From assembly GCA_002011125.2 (NCBI GenBank), contig MTMF02000009.1:712989-776988 (forward strand): DNA of 64,000 nucleotides, given 5' to 3'. Below are positions 9,747-19,196 of the stretch, piece after piece. Under the pieces are notes generated by a model. That model worked only from the letters and a program-made list of their open reading frames with translations, searched no databases and had not been told where the DNA came from. The DNA comes from Candidatus Hydrothermarchaeum profundi (lineage in GTDB: Archaea; Hydrothermarchaeota; Hydrothermarchaeia; Hydrothermarchaeales; Hydrothermarchaeaceae). Each line of letters starts with the position of its first letter. The stretch's first letter is position 1. A program made the translations under genes and the position numbers.

Positions 9747-10535
9747 GTGGAGGCTATGAAAATGACGTCATCTAAAAATTTTTTATGGGCGGCATTCCTG
9801 CTTGTAGGATTATTAATTGGGGGGGTATTCGGTTTTACTTTATCACAGGCTAAGACACCCCCTATCGAGGAATATGAGGAACGGCTTAAAGAATTGGAGG
9901 AAGAAAATACTGCGTTAAAAGCGAGGATCCAAGGAGGATTCATGATTTTTTCACAATTAGAGAAAATGTCTCACGCCCTTACCCATGTAAGAGCAGCTCT
10001 TTTAGTAGGTGACTACGAGACAGCGAGCTTTAGGGCAGGCCAATTTAAGGATGCAGTGATGGAATTAGGAGAGTATTTGGAGGCAGAGGATAGGGACAAC
10101 TTGATAATGCTAATGGATGACTTACTAATAGCAATTGATGAAAAAGACGAGGCATCTATAGAAGAAAAAACTAGAGCACTGTATCTCTTGGTGCAGATAC
10201 TAGAGTCTGAATTTGGAGTTCGAGAAGAATCAGAGTTATTTGATGAACTAGATATTAAAACTCATATGAGAGATCTGAATCATGAATACTCAAGGATAGT
10301 TTCGGCCGTGAGTAATAACGACTTTGAATCCGTTAGTAAATCTTTTGAAAAGTTTAAGGAAACTTATCTGATTTTATCAAAAAAGGCGCCTGAATCTTGG
10401 AAACCCTATTTTAGAGAGGATATTGTTGAAGACGCTGAGATAAATCTCAAAAATAATGAAAAAATTAGGTTCCTTATTGCGTTAAATGACCTCGGACTTG
10501 AGAGCTGTGACAAATGTCACAGGGTATATAGGTAG
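9747..10535 (+). CDS. Membrane-anchored helical-bundle c-type cytochrome (cytochrome c'-like)
   Basis: N-terminal TM + coiled coil, all-helical, single CDKCH five residues from the C-terminus. Confidence 0.7.
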   Translation: MEAMKMTSSKNFLWAAFLLVGLLIGGVFGFTLSQAKTPPIEEYEERLKELEEENTALKARIQGGFMIFSQLEKMSHALTHVRAALLVGDYETASFRAGQFKDAVMELGEYLEAEDRDNLIMLMDDLLIAIDEKDEASIEEKTRALYLLVQILESEFGVREESELFDELDIKTHMRDLNHEYSRIVSAVSNNDFESVSKSFEKFKETYLILSKKAPESWKPYFREDIVEDAEINLKNNEKIRFLIALNDLGLESCDKCHRVYR

Positions 10536-10579
10536 GGAAACCGGTTCAGATAAAAAATAAAAAAAAATTAGGAGAAGAG

Positions 10580-11008
10580 TTATAGTGCGACTATTTTACC
10601 AACCATATTTGGGTGATATCGGCATTTCAAATCAAAACTGCCTGCTTCATTGAACTTTACTAGTACAGAGTCAGCACTAGAAAGCTCTATATCTATCAAA
10701 GGTTCATCATGGCCTGCTTCGCTTATCGTTACTGTGTGGACTCCCTCTTCGTTTTTGAATTCTATTATTTGACCTTCTTCGACATCTATGTTTGATGGTG
10801 AAAACTCGAAGTTCTTTAATACAACAGTAACAGACGGCACTCCCTCTGAGACGATAGTCGCTTCTTCATGCGCTTCTCCTGCTTCTTCATGTGGCTCTTC
10901 TTCAAGTGTACTAGTCTCAGGTTGCGGGGTAGCTTCTTCAGCTTGCTGTTGAATGCACCCTGCAAGCAAGAATAGAGACAGTAGTAGTACTAGAGGGGCA
11001 TATTTCAC
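10580..11008 (-). CDS. Cupredoxin (type-1 blue copper) lipoprotein
   Basis: Lipobox LAGC; His-Glu linker; ligands H...CRYHPNM. Confidence 0.85.
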   Translation of the reverse strand: MKYAPLVLLLSLFLLAGCIQQQAEEATPQPETSTLEEEPHEEAGEAHEEATIVSEGVPSVTVVLKNFEFSPSNIDVEEGQIIEFKNEEGVHTVTISEAGHDEPLIDIELSSADSVLVKFNEAGSFDLKCRYHPNMVGKIVAL

Positions 11009-11012
11009 TTTT

Positions 11013-11492
11013 TCACCTCCTTTCTACTTTAAAGAATTCAGGATCTCCCATAATGAGTTTAGATGGATTAGGTCCAATGTAGGGTATAACACTATACCTC
11101 CCGGAGGGAGCATCCCCTTTAATTTCCAACTCAAATTTAACTTTTTGTTTTTCACCTATTGTTCCTTCTTTAATCTCGTATACTTCAGCATAAGGCGTAT
11201 AAACCTCAACTTTAGCTAAATATCCTGAGTAATCCATCTTCATTTCCATCCCCGGGGCTAAAGCAATTAGGGTTATAGTAACTTTTGAGGGCTTAGTTAC
11301 AGCATTTTTATCGACTAACACAGTGGGCTCCAGCATATCAATCATCATCTGTTGCATTTCCATCATTTCACTATTCTGTACAGTTCCCCCCAGGATTGTG
11401 TAAGCATTTACGACTATTGCCCCGATTATTATAACAGTATAAAAAAGGATAGGTGGGAATGTTAGTAGACTCTTCATTTTACTCTTCCTCAA
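11013..11492 (-). CDS. Membrane-anchored Met-rich hypothetical protein with Ig-like domain
   Basis: TM, MMEMQQMMIDM and GMEMKM segments. Confidence 0.6.
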   Translation of the reverse strand: MRKSKMKSLLTFPPILFYTVIIIGAIVVNAYTILGGTVQNSEMMEMQQMMIDMLEPTVLVDKNAVTKPSKVTITLIALAPGMEMKMDYSGYLAKVEVYTPYAEVYEIKEGTIGEKQKVKFELEIKGDAPSGRYSVIPYIGPNPSKLIMGDPEFFKVERR

Positions 11493-11880
11493 CTATAATT
11501 TTGCCTTTCATGAAATTGTGCATTGGGCTGCACATGAGAGTACATTTAAATACATATACTCCTTCTTTATCGGCTACGAATTCTATAGTTTTCTTTTTCC
11601 CAACCTCTATTGAACCAAGATCTATTCCTAGACCTTCAATTGCGAATCCATGAGTAACGTCCATGCCTTCAACAATGAGTTTTACCCTATCCCCTTTCTT
11701 TACATGGATTACTTCAGGCTGGAAACCACCTGCTTCTTTAACATATGCCCTAATTATAATAGTCTTCTGCTTTTCTTCAGCCTTTAAAACGTCAGTAAAA
11801 AGAGGCAGTGCAATCATGGCGATTGACATGATTACAAGGACCAATGCAATGAATTCAAACAAATATTCCTTATCTCCCAT
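11479..11880 (-). CDS. Membrane-anchored CuA cupredoxin (COX2/NosZ-CuA-like domain)
   Basis: DVTHGF...CTLMCSPMHNFM binuclear CuA ligand set. Confidence 0.88.
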   Translation of the reverse strand: MGDKEYLFEFIALVLVIMSIAMIALPLFTDVLKAEEKQKTIIIRAYVKEAGGFQPEVIHVKKGDRVKLIVEGMDVTHGFAIEGLGIDLGSIEVGKKKTIEFVADKEGVYVFKCTLMCSPMHNFMKGKIIVEEE

Positions 11881-11891
11881 TATTTATCACC

Positions 11892-13916
11892 TCATCCTGC
11901 AATCACCCAGGCAAATACAAGCCCAGCCATGGTGTGTAGAACTCCCATAACAAATGTTGCCCTAAATGCCTGCCTGTGATTATTGAAAATTTGTTCAGCT
12001 ATGTTATATGTAGCATTAATTGCTATAGCTAATCCCAATAGGAGCAATGGAGTCTGGATATATGGCAGTGCTTCAGGTGAAAATGGTTGCCATTCAAACT
12101 TTGTTCCAAAAAGATTCCATCCGTAACCAAGTGGATCTGAAATGGCGGAAATTGGATAAGACCAGTTAACTAATAGGAGTGAAAAAGCAAACGCAATCCA
12201 TAGAAAAATACCATAGGGAGCAAGAGCATAGCTGAAGGAGAGGAAAAGCTGTTTTGTTGGGATATCATTAACTCCTGAAAGCTTTTTGGATATCCACGAG
12301 AAAATATAAAACAGGCCAGGGTAGCCGATTAGAGCTATGCCTGCTACCATTAGAGCCCATTTAAACCAGTAGTTTAAAGCCTCCAAGGTAGGGGACAGCA
12401 GTCCTATTGTAGCTAGGTTTGCTCCGTAAATTATTCCCATGTTGCCCCAGTCTTTTATCCAGAAATATGGACCGAAAAATACTAGCTCATAAAAAATGGC
12501 TACTGTGAAGCGTATAAATCCGGTATATGCTTCATCAAACCTATTTTTCGCCTTTGCTCCTATCCTCGCTAGATCTTGCCCCACCATTCTTAGCTTAAGA
12601 GTCATATTATCCAATGGGCAGGATTTCAAGCATTCGTAGCACTGCCCACAATAAGTGTTTTCTTTATGTCCTCCCGGGTATAGTTTCCATGGGCACCCAT
12701 ATCCTTTTGGGCTTCCTCTAATGCACTCTTTGGGAGTGTGCTGGTTGCACGTATTTATGTTTCTACTCCTAACGGCTAAAATGGATGCGTTAGAATGGTA
12801 TCCAATATATCCATTGGCAGGACATATATTTCTGCAAAAATTGCGCTTAGGATCAAATACAAGGTAGATTATCAAGGCAAGTATGAATAAGAATCCAAAT
12901 ACTATGCCTGTAACAACAGGTCTGGTCACTAGCCATGGCACGAAAAGAGACATGGTTAAGAAAAATAGAGCCGGAATCCACATATTATTTAGCTTATTGG
13001 GCCATTTTTTCCCAATAGATGTCCATTTTCTAATTTTATGGACACCATAAAATCTCCTTCTAGCGAGCCATTCACCGAAAGCCGGGATTGGACAAAGGGT
13101 GCACCAGGTTCTTGCTCCAAGGAGTATTAGTATTTCTACTGCTGCAAGCCAGAGAATCCATATTATTACTATTGAAAAGTTCATGTTTCCTGTGGGGTTT
13201 CCAAAGAACCCAGAAGTTAGCACAACCATGAAAATTAGTAGATTGGGAACGATAAGAGCAAAGTGTACTCCTCTCCACTGAAGGAACTTTTTAAGGATTG
13301 GCCCTATAAACCTCACTTTTAATAAATCAATATCCCTGTCGAGGGGTATTCCAAGCATTTTATTTTTTGGAGCACGGCTGACATATAACAAAGTCATTGC
13401 TGAAACAACTACTGTGATAATTAATAATACCGGGAAATAGGTATTTGGCTTAACGATTAAGTCCGCCACCATGAACGGGTGAAGCGGTCCACAGGTCTCA
13501 GAGCACCTGAGCTTAAATTTACCCGGGTCATCAAAGAAGATTGGTCCGACCTCTATTATCTCGCCAGGCTTAATAAGAATCTTATTATCTTTAACTGCAT
13601 CCGGAGTATACCCATCTATATAAAAGCCATGAGTTACATCTGCGCTGATGATCCTGAATACTACTTTTCCTCCCTTTTCTACCTCCATGATACTTGGTTC
13701 TTTGCCGTCTGGGAAAATTCTTTTTTCACCGTCTTCTTGAATTGCTTTAACAGCGTATCCGAACTGATAGGCTTTTAAATATATTATCTTTGCATCTCCA
13801 TGGTCATGGGGATCGTTAAGCCATTCTTTTTCACTAACAACGTGGGCATTCACATTCTCTATCGGGATCAAAAATAGTAGTGTAATTAAGATCGTTATTC
13901 GTAGTTTGTTAATCAT
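11892..13916 (-). CDS. CuA domain fused to NapH/NosH/MauN-like polytopic 4Fe-4S membrane protein
   Basis: DVTHGF...CSETCGPLHPFM; WCTLCP, FCRNICP, CGQCYECLKSCP; many TM helices. Confidence 0.85.
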   Translation of the reverse strand: MINKLRITILITLLFLIPIENVNAHVVSEKEWLNDPHDHGDAKIIYLKAYQFGYAVKAIQEDGEKRIFPDGKEPSIMEVEKGGKVVFRIISADVTHGFYIDGYTPDAVKDNKILIKPGEIIEVGPIFFDDPGKFKLRCSETCGPLHPFMVADLIVKPNTYFPVLLIITVVVSAMTLLYVSRAPKNKMLGIPLDRDIDLLKVRFIGPILKKFLQWRGVHFALIVPNLLIFMVVLTSGFFGNPTGNMNFSIVIIWILWLAAVEILILLGARTWCTLCPIPAFGEWLARRRFYGVHKIRKWTSIGKKWPNKLNNMWIPALFFLTMSLFVPWLVTRPVVTGIVFGFLFILALIIYLVFDPKRNFCRNICPANGYIGYHSNASILAVRSRNINTCNQHTPKECIRGSPKGYGCPWKLYPGGHKENTYCGQCYECLKSCPLDNMTLKLRMVGQDLARIGAKAKNRFDEAYTGFIRFTVAIFYELVFFGPYFWIKDWGNMGIIYGANLATIGLLSPTLEALNYWFKWALMVAGIALIGYPGLFYIFSWISKKLSGVNDIPTKQLFLSFSYALAPYGIFLWIAFAFSLLLVNWSYPISAISDPLGYGWNLFGTKFEWQPFSPEALPYIQTPLLLLGLAIAINATYNIAEQIFNNHRQAFRATFVMGVLHTMAGLVFAWVIAG

Positions 13917-13927
13917 GTTTTCCCTCG

Positions 13928-14347
13928 TTAATTTGATCTGCAGACGTCGAAAATTCTTGAAGATATAGAATCAGCGATCTCTTGGCATTTTCTTTTATCC
14001 GTTCCTTTAACTTCTATTTCATCCCAAATTGAAGACGCAAAGTCTTTCCCTGCTTTGAAAAGCTCATTAGCTTCTTTAACGTCGGAACTGACTCTTCTTC
14101 CGGTTAAGGATAATACGGAGTATAGTAGTATTGAGCCACAGTATGCAACTTCGCTTTTTTTATCCAGTCCCTTCTTTTTAGCTTCGCAGACGTATTCTAC
14201 TACATCTCTGACAGGCTTAATTGCTACATCTCTAGATATCCCATTTTTCCCTGCCCAGTACCATTTATCTAGAGCCTTACATATGTTTTCTATAGCATCA
14301 TTTTTAGGAGAAACCCTTCTTTCAACTTGTTGAATTTCTGCGCTCAT
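13928..14347 (-). CDS. Hypothetical all-helical protein
   Basis: 139-aa ORF, first gene of the minus-strand Cu operon. Confidence 0.6.
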   Translation of the reverse strand: MSAEIQQVERRVSPKNDAIENICKALDKWYWAGKNGISRDVAIKPVRDVVEYVCEAKKKGLDKKSEVAYCGSILLYSVLSLTGRRVSSDVKEANELFKAGKDFASSIWDEIEVKGTDKRKCQEIADSISSRIFDVCRSN

Positions 14348-14472
14348 TGAGTTAAAAGGAGAGTATCCTTTTATATTTCGATTATGATAATTAAGCGTTA
14401 AAATAGAGTAATAGCATAAGCAATCTTATATCTTATTACAAATTTTTCTTGGCTGTCTTGAAGTGTAAATAA

Positions 14473-16488
14473 TTAAGTTGTGATCTGAATAAGAAACTGC
14501 CTACCCTTTTCACCCACTTCTAATACTTTGTACCTACCGGAACGCTCTACTTTTACAAGCCCTTCATTTACAAGTTTGTTAATTCTCTTTCGGGCAGTTA
14601 CTCCAGTTATCGAAAATGCTTTTTCTACGTCACTGAAGGTAGGCTTTCTCCCTTGAGTATTTTGTTTATCAATATATACCAACAGTTCTGTTAGTGCTGG
14701 CTCTAGTGCAAATGTTTCTTTTGGCACCATTTTCAAGTCAGATTTCTCTACTGTGGATACAATACCCTTCTCGCTCATCTCATGGTTTATCACCATAATC
14801 GCGAACTCCCGAGCGATATCCAAATTAACTGGGTTCACTACTTCTGAAGCAATTCCAAATAGACACGCCTTATCTTCATAGAGGAGTTCATTTAACTCTT
14901 TAAAAAACATCCTTACTTGCTCAGTATCATTAATAGATAGGACAGGGTTTAAATCCGCTACGACAATTATTGAGCTTAGAGGAAATCCCCTAATGCAGTC
15001 TTTGAGTACGAAAAGAAGATCTTTTGGACTCTCTCGTATTTGGAAAATATTATCCTCCACAGGGTATTCTGATCCTTTTAACCCTATTGCTATGATTTTG
15101 ATCCGATTTTCTTTTATATAATCTTTTAAACCTCCCAGTTCTAAGAATATTTTATTTAAGGGATCGGAGGAAATATAAATTATATTCCGCCATTGAGATA
15201 CATTCTCTTTTATCAGTGGTAGGGCTATCCATTTTTTATCGATCTTAGTGCTTTTAATATTGAGAATTATCCCCCGCGAGGGAATAAGCCCTGTTAACGC
15301 ATCAAGTTGCGAGTTGCCTGAGGGGTGTCTTTTCTCAAAATATGCGTAGTTTTCTGACGGGCTCCACTCTTTTAATAGAGCAATCATGTCTTCTGGAATC
15401 TCACCTAGCTCCCGGAGTATAGTAGATAGTCCATCCCAAAGCGTAAGGCTCACTTGTTGAGGCGTAGAGGATATTTTTTTATTTAAAACAATTGCTTGGA
15501 TAAGATTATACACAAGGAACTCCTTAATCAATTCTGGGTGCCGTGTGAAAAAAGCCAGAAGCCCCTTAATAATTTTAGTTGAAAAATCTTTCTCCGAAAA
15601 AAGTTTGGCCTGAAACTTGGAAGGTTTTATCTCCATTTTTCGAATATCTACCACTTCAGCGAGGTTAGTTAGCTTAAAGAACTCGTTTAAAAGAACTTCT
15701 TTCTCCCCTACTCCTAAATCGATAGGTCCATAGTAAATGTGCCGAAGTATATGGTTTAACGTGTCTATTAATCCCTCTCTACCCCCAAAGACCTCAAACT
15801 CTTTAGGTATAGATCCCCAGCCTGAATAAATACTCTTTATTCTAATAAAAATAATAAAAATCGCTCCAAGAGAAAAAACATTTAAAATGTTTTCAAAAAC
15901 CTCGCCTCCAGAACCCACTAGTACAAAAATGTGTAATATTACAGATATCATCCATAAAACGATTGCTACCCCGAATGGATAACGTCTATAAATGTATGTG
16001 GGGTTAAATGGTGACCCTATCTCTCTAAGCCGTTTAATTATAAAACCGGTCACAACAATAAAAACACCGAGTTCAAAAAGATGTGAAAGGATTGCAGCGT
16101 TGAGTATATTAGCTTGCCAGTCGAATAATGCGAAATATAATATGAAGACGGTTGTCAAGACAAAGATAAGTATTCTATACCCTTTCTCTATTTCTTCGCG
16201 TTGGTTAACATAAGTAAAATTTAAAACCCCAAGAGATCCTACTAGTAGGAAAAATATAACACCAAAATAGTGCTCGATATAAGATAAGAGCCCTGAATAA
16301 TCTGGGAAAACTGTGCTAAATATTTCGCTCAACCGGTTTAGGGAGTAAATCCAAAAGGCAGCCTCAAATAACCAAAGGTTGGTAGCATACTCCGTCTGTC
16401 TTTTTCTAATAAGGGATATCATTGAAGCTACTAGAACGCAGAGTAAGAGTTGTAAAGAGACTAGGTACAGGTGAGCCATCCTTATCAA
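14473..16488 (-). CDS. Membrane sensor (~7 TM) + degenerate KaiC/RecA-like domain + C-terminal winged HTH
   Basis: 'SGNSQLDALTGLIP' KaiC-like start with no intact GKT; C-terminal 'PTFSDVEKAFSITGVTARKRINKLVNEGLVKVERSGR'. Confidence 0.7.
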   Translation of the reverse strand: MIRMAHLYLVSLQLLLCVLVASMISLIRKRQTEYATNLWLFEAAFWIYSLNRLSEIFSTVFPDYSGLLSYIEHYFGVIFFLLVGSLGVLNFTYVNQREEIEKGYRILIFVLTTVFILYFALFDWQANILNAAILSHLFELGVFIVVTGFIIKRLREIGSPFNPTYIYRRYPFGVAIVLWMISVILHIFVLVGSGGEVFENILNVFSLGAIFIIFIRIKSIYSGWGSIPKEFEVFGGREGLIDTLNHILRHIYYGPIDLGVGEKEVLLNEFFKLTNLAEVVDIRKMEIKPSKFQAKLFSEKDFSTKIIKGLLAFFTRHPELIKEFLVYNLIQAIVLNKKISSTPQQVSLTLWDGLSTILRELGEIPEDMIALLKEWSPSENYAYFEKRHPSGNSQLDALTGLIPSRGIILNIKSTKIDKKWIALPLIKENVSQWRNIIYISSDPLNKIFLELGGLKDYIKENRIKIIAIGLKGSEYPVEDNIFQIRESPKDLLFVLKDCIRGFPLSSIIVVADLNPVLSINDTEQVRMFFKELNELLYEDKACLFGIASEVVNPVNLDIAREFAIMVINHEMSEKGIVSTVEKSDLKMVPKETFALEPALTELLVYIDKQNTQGRKPTFSDVEKAFSITGVTARKRINKLVNEGLVKVERSGRYKVLEVGEKGRQFLIQITT

Positions 16489-16771
16489 CTATGCAGAATA
16501 TATTAACCTCTTAAATAGTTAGTTTCCAGCAAAGTTTTTTAAGCCTATACTAAAAAAAGAATTTTTTTTATCGATAAATATATACATATAATATCAATTA
16601 CAGATAATTTATAAAAAAACATCTTATTTATGTTTATATTCTTTTATTAGACGATTATTATGGACATTTATTATTTCTGGACTTTTTTTATTACCCTACG
16701 GCTTATTGTCACTTAAGCAAATTCTATCATCTTTGGTGTCAATTAGTTTTTAAAAACGAGGTGATGTTAAA

Positions 16772-17530
16772 ATGAAAAAGAAATCTGTTGCAATTGGATT
16801 GGCCATGGCCGTACTCTTTGCAAGTAGCGTGTATGCAATGGGTATGGGTTGGCCAGGCAGATTTGGAGGCCAGATTATGGGCTATGGGTATACAGATGTT
16901 AGCCCTGAGGGGAGTAGATTTGATGCTTTTCTTGTTAACGGATGGAATATGCCACAGCTAGGCATGATGGGTTATGGAATGGGCTCAGGCATGATGACTG
17001 GATACGGTATGATGGGGCCTGGAGGGTGTGAATGGCACGCAGGTTATGGTTGGCAGGCTCCATCTGCTGACATGACTATTGAAGATGCTGAAAAGCTTGT
17101 TGAAGAGTACATTTCGGGTACCAACCTTGAAATAAAAGAGATGATGAATTTCGAGTATAATTATTATGCACAAGTAATTGAGAAAGACACGGGCATAGGA
17201 GCTATGGAATTATTAGTGGATAAATATACTGGGGCTGTTTATCCAGAACCAGGGCCAAACATGATGTGGAATACAAAGTACGGCCATATGAGCTGGGGAG
17301 TAGACAAGGAAAATACTGTCACGGAAGATGAGGCATTAAGATATGCGCAGGAATATTTGGACAAATATCTTCCGGGATTAGTGGTTGAAGAGCATGCAGA
17401 TGAGTTCTATGGGTATTACACAATACATGTTACTACTGAAGGCGAAATTGTAGGAATGCTGAGTGTCAATGGCTTTACTGGGCAGGTCTGGTATCATACT
17501 TGGCATGGCGACTATTTAGGGGAAAAATAA
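16772..17530 (+). CDS. Secreted Gly/Met-rich protein with PepSY-like domains
   Basis: Signal peptide, GMMG repeats, 'ELLVDKYTGAVYPEPGPNMMWNTKYGHM', 'LSVNGFTGQVWYHTWHG'. Confidence 0.8.
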   Translation: MKKKSVAIGLAMAVLFASSVYAMGMGWPGRFGGQIMGYGYTDVSPEGSRFDAFLVNGWNMPQLGMMGYGMGSGMMTGYGMMGPGGCEWHAGYGWQAPSADMTIEDAEKLVEEYISGTNLEIKEMMNFEYNYYAQVIEKDTGIGAMELLVDKYTGAVYPEPGPNMMWNTKYGHMSWGVDKENTVTEDEALRYAQEYLDKYLPGLVVEEHADEFYGYYTIHVTTEGEIVGMLSVNGFTGQVWYHTWHGDYLGEK

Positions 17531-17573
17531 GAGGGCCATTAGAGTTTGGCCCGTTTTGATTTATTTGAGGTGA

Positions 17574-17819
17574 TTGTATATGAAAGAAAAAGATTTGATT
17601 ATAATCCTTGGAGTTCTTTTTTTTATCCCAGGATTTTTGCATGCAGGTATGATGGGGTTTGGACTGCCGATATGGATAATAGTATTAGCAGTCGTTTATT
17701 TTGTCTTAAAAGAAAAGTCCGATGACAGCAGCCTGGAAGAACTGAAAAAAAGGTATGCGAGAGGGGAAATAACTAGAGAAGAATATATTAGGAAAAAAGA
17801 GGAGATAACAAAGCCATGA
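17574..17819 (+). CDS. SHOCT domain membrane protein
   Basis: LKKRYARGEITREEY. Confidence 0.85.
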   Translation: MYMKEKDLIIILGVLFFIPGFLHAGMMGFGLPIWIIVLAVVYFVLKEKSDDSSLEELKKRYARGEITREEYIRKKEEITKP

Positions 17820-18166
17820 GAAATTATTGGGCTTACATAATCTTTGGGTTTCTAGCAGTAATACTAGTGTTGACTTATGGATATGAAAGCGGATACCGGG
17901 CAGCTCCATATAGGTATTGGGGAGGCATGATGCATCATAGCGGCGTTGGCATGATGCATGGGCCTATGATGGGAGGCTATGGTTTTGGAGGTTTTGGACT
18001 ACTTTTCTGGATATTGGTAGTTGTTTTTGTAGTGTTAATACTAAAATGGGGTAAGTCGGAGGAAAGAATAAAGGAGACCCCGATAGATATTCTTAATAAG
18101 AGATTTGCGCGTGGAGAAATAACTAAGGAAGAGTACCTTCGAATTAAAGAGGATATTCTAAAGTGA
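17816..18166 (+). CDS. SHOCT domain membrane protein, Met/His-rich
   Basis: GMMHH/GMMHG; ILNKRFARGEITKEEY. Confidence 0.85.
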   Translation: MRNYWAYIIFGFLAVILVLTYGYESGYRAAPYRYWGGMMHHSGVGMMHGPMMGGYGFGGFGLLFWILVVVFVVLILKWGKSEERIKETPIDILNKRFARGEITKEEYLRIKEDILK

Positions 18167-18224
18167 TAGCATCGCATAAACCTTTTTTTATTTGTTAAAA
18201 AAATAGATAGTGAGGTGAAGAATA

Positions 18225-18494
18225 ATGATTGAATCACAGATGATGGATTGGGGATATGGGGGAGGATATGGGATGATGGGTTATGGCTGGGCTATCTTCA
18301 GCTGGATATTTTTTATCGTCTTCTGGGTGGCGATAATTCTGCTTATTATCTGGCTTTATAAGCAAATAAAGGGCTCAGATACCAGACATACAAGCCCTGC
18401 TGAAACTCCTCTAGAAATTTTGAAAAAGAGATATGCCAGAGGAGAAATAACTCGGGAGCAATATGAGGAAATGAGGAAAGAGATTGAAAAATGA
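18225..18494 (+). CDS. SHOCT domain membrane protein
   Basis: GMMG; ILKKRYARGEITREQY. Confidence 0.85.
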   Translation: MIESQMMDWGYGGGYGMMGYGWAIFSWIFFIVFWVAIILLIIWLYKQIKGSDTRHTSPAETPLEILKKRYARGEITREQYEEMRKEIEK

Positions 18495-18985
18495 TCAAAG
18501 CAATCGTATTCCTCATTATACTGACATATTTAAGTGGATGTCTATATCCTCCTTCACCTTTTGACATGTTTGGTGGACAGACCGCACCGCCAATTCAAGA
18601 GGTTAAAGAAGAATTTGAATCCAATGGTGAAATGATTTACTATACTGGGTTTAATGAAAAAGGTGAGAGAATCCAAAGTGATGGCGGTCCACACTGGCTC
18701 TATATGCATGGAGGGGCCTGTGTAAGTTGCCATGGTCCAGATGGTAAAGGAGGAGGGGTACCACACATGTGCACTGAAGTTGTGCCTCCGATAACGTATC
18801 ATGATCTTACTGAGGAAGAACATGGCGAAAGAGAAGAGCATCCACCTTATACCGATGAAGACATAAAAAAAGCTATCACTGTGGGTGTAGATCCTTCTGG
18901 AAATCAGCTAGACCCATGCATGCCTCGGTGGAAGATGTCTGACAAAGATCTTGAAGACTTAATAGAGTATCTTAAGACGCTGTAA
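18491..18985 (+). CDS. Monoheme cytochrome c lipoprotein
   Basis: Lipobox LSGC, CVSCHGPDGKGG, distal MP. Confidence 0.88.
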   Translation: MIKAIVFLIILTYLSGCLYPPSPFDMFGGQTAPPIQEVKEEFESNGEMIYYTGFNEKGERIQSDGGPHWLYMHGGACVSCHGPDGKGGGVPHMCTEVVPPITYHDLTEEEHGEREEHPPYTDEDIKKAITVGVDPSGNQLDPCMPRWKMSDKDLEDLIEYLKTL

Positions 18986-19196
18986 TATGAATATAGTTTA
19001 TTTCATTTGTAATATTCTTTTTCTTTTGAGAAGTTGAGTCTGTACTCTATGGAGATTACTAGGCAATTTGTAAAAAAGAATGCTACCATCTTCTCAGAAC
19101 TCTCTATAGGGGTTGCTCCCGACTTTTTTCAGTAAAACACTCTATTACATTATGCACTAAAAATTTTCATATACTATTTTATTTGCATAGGTTTCT

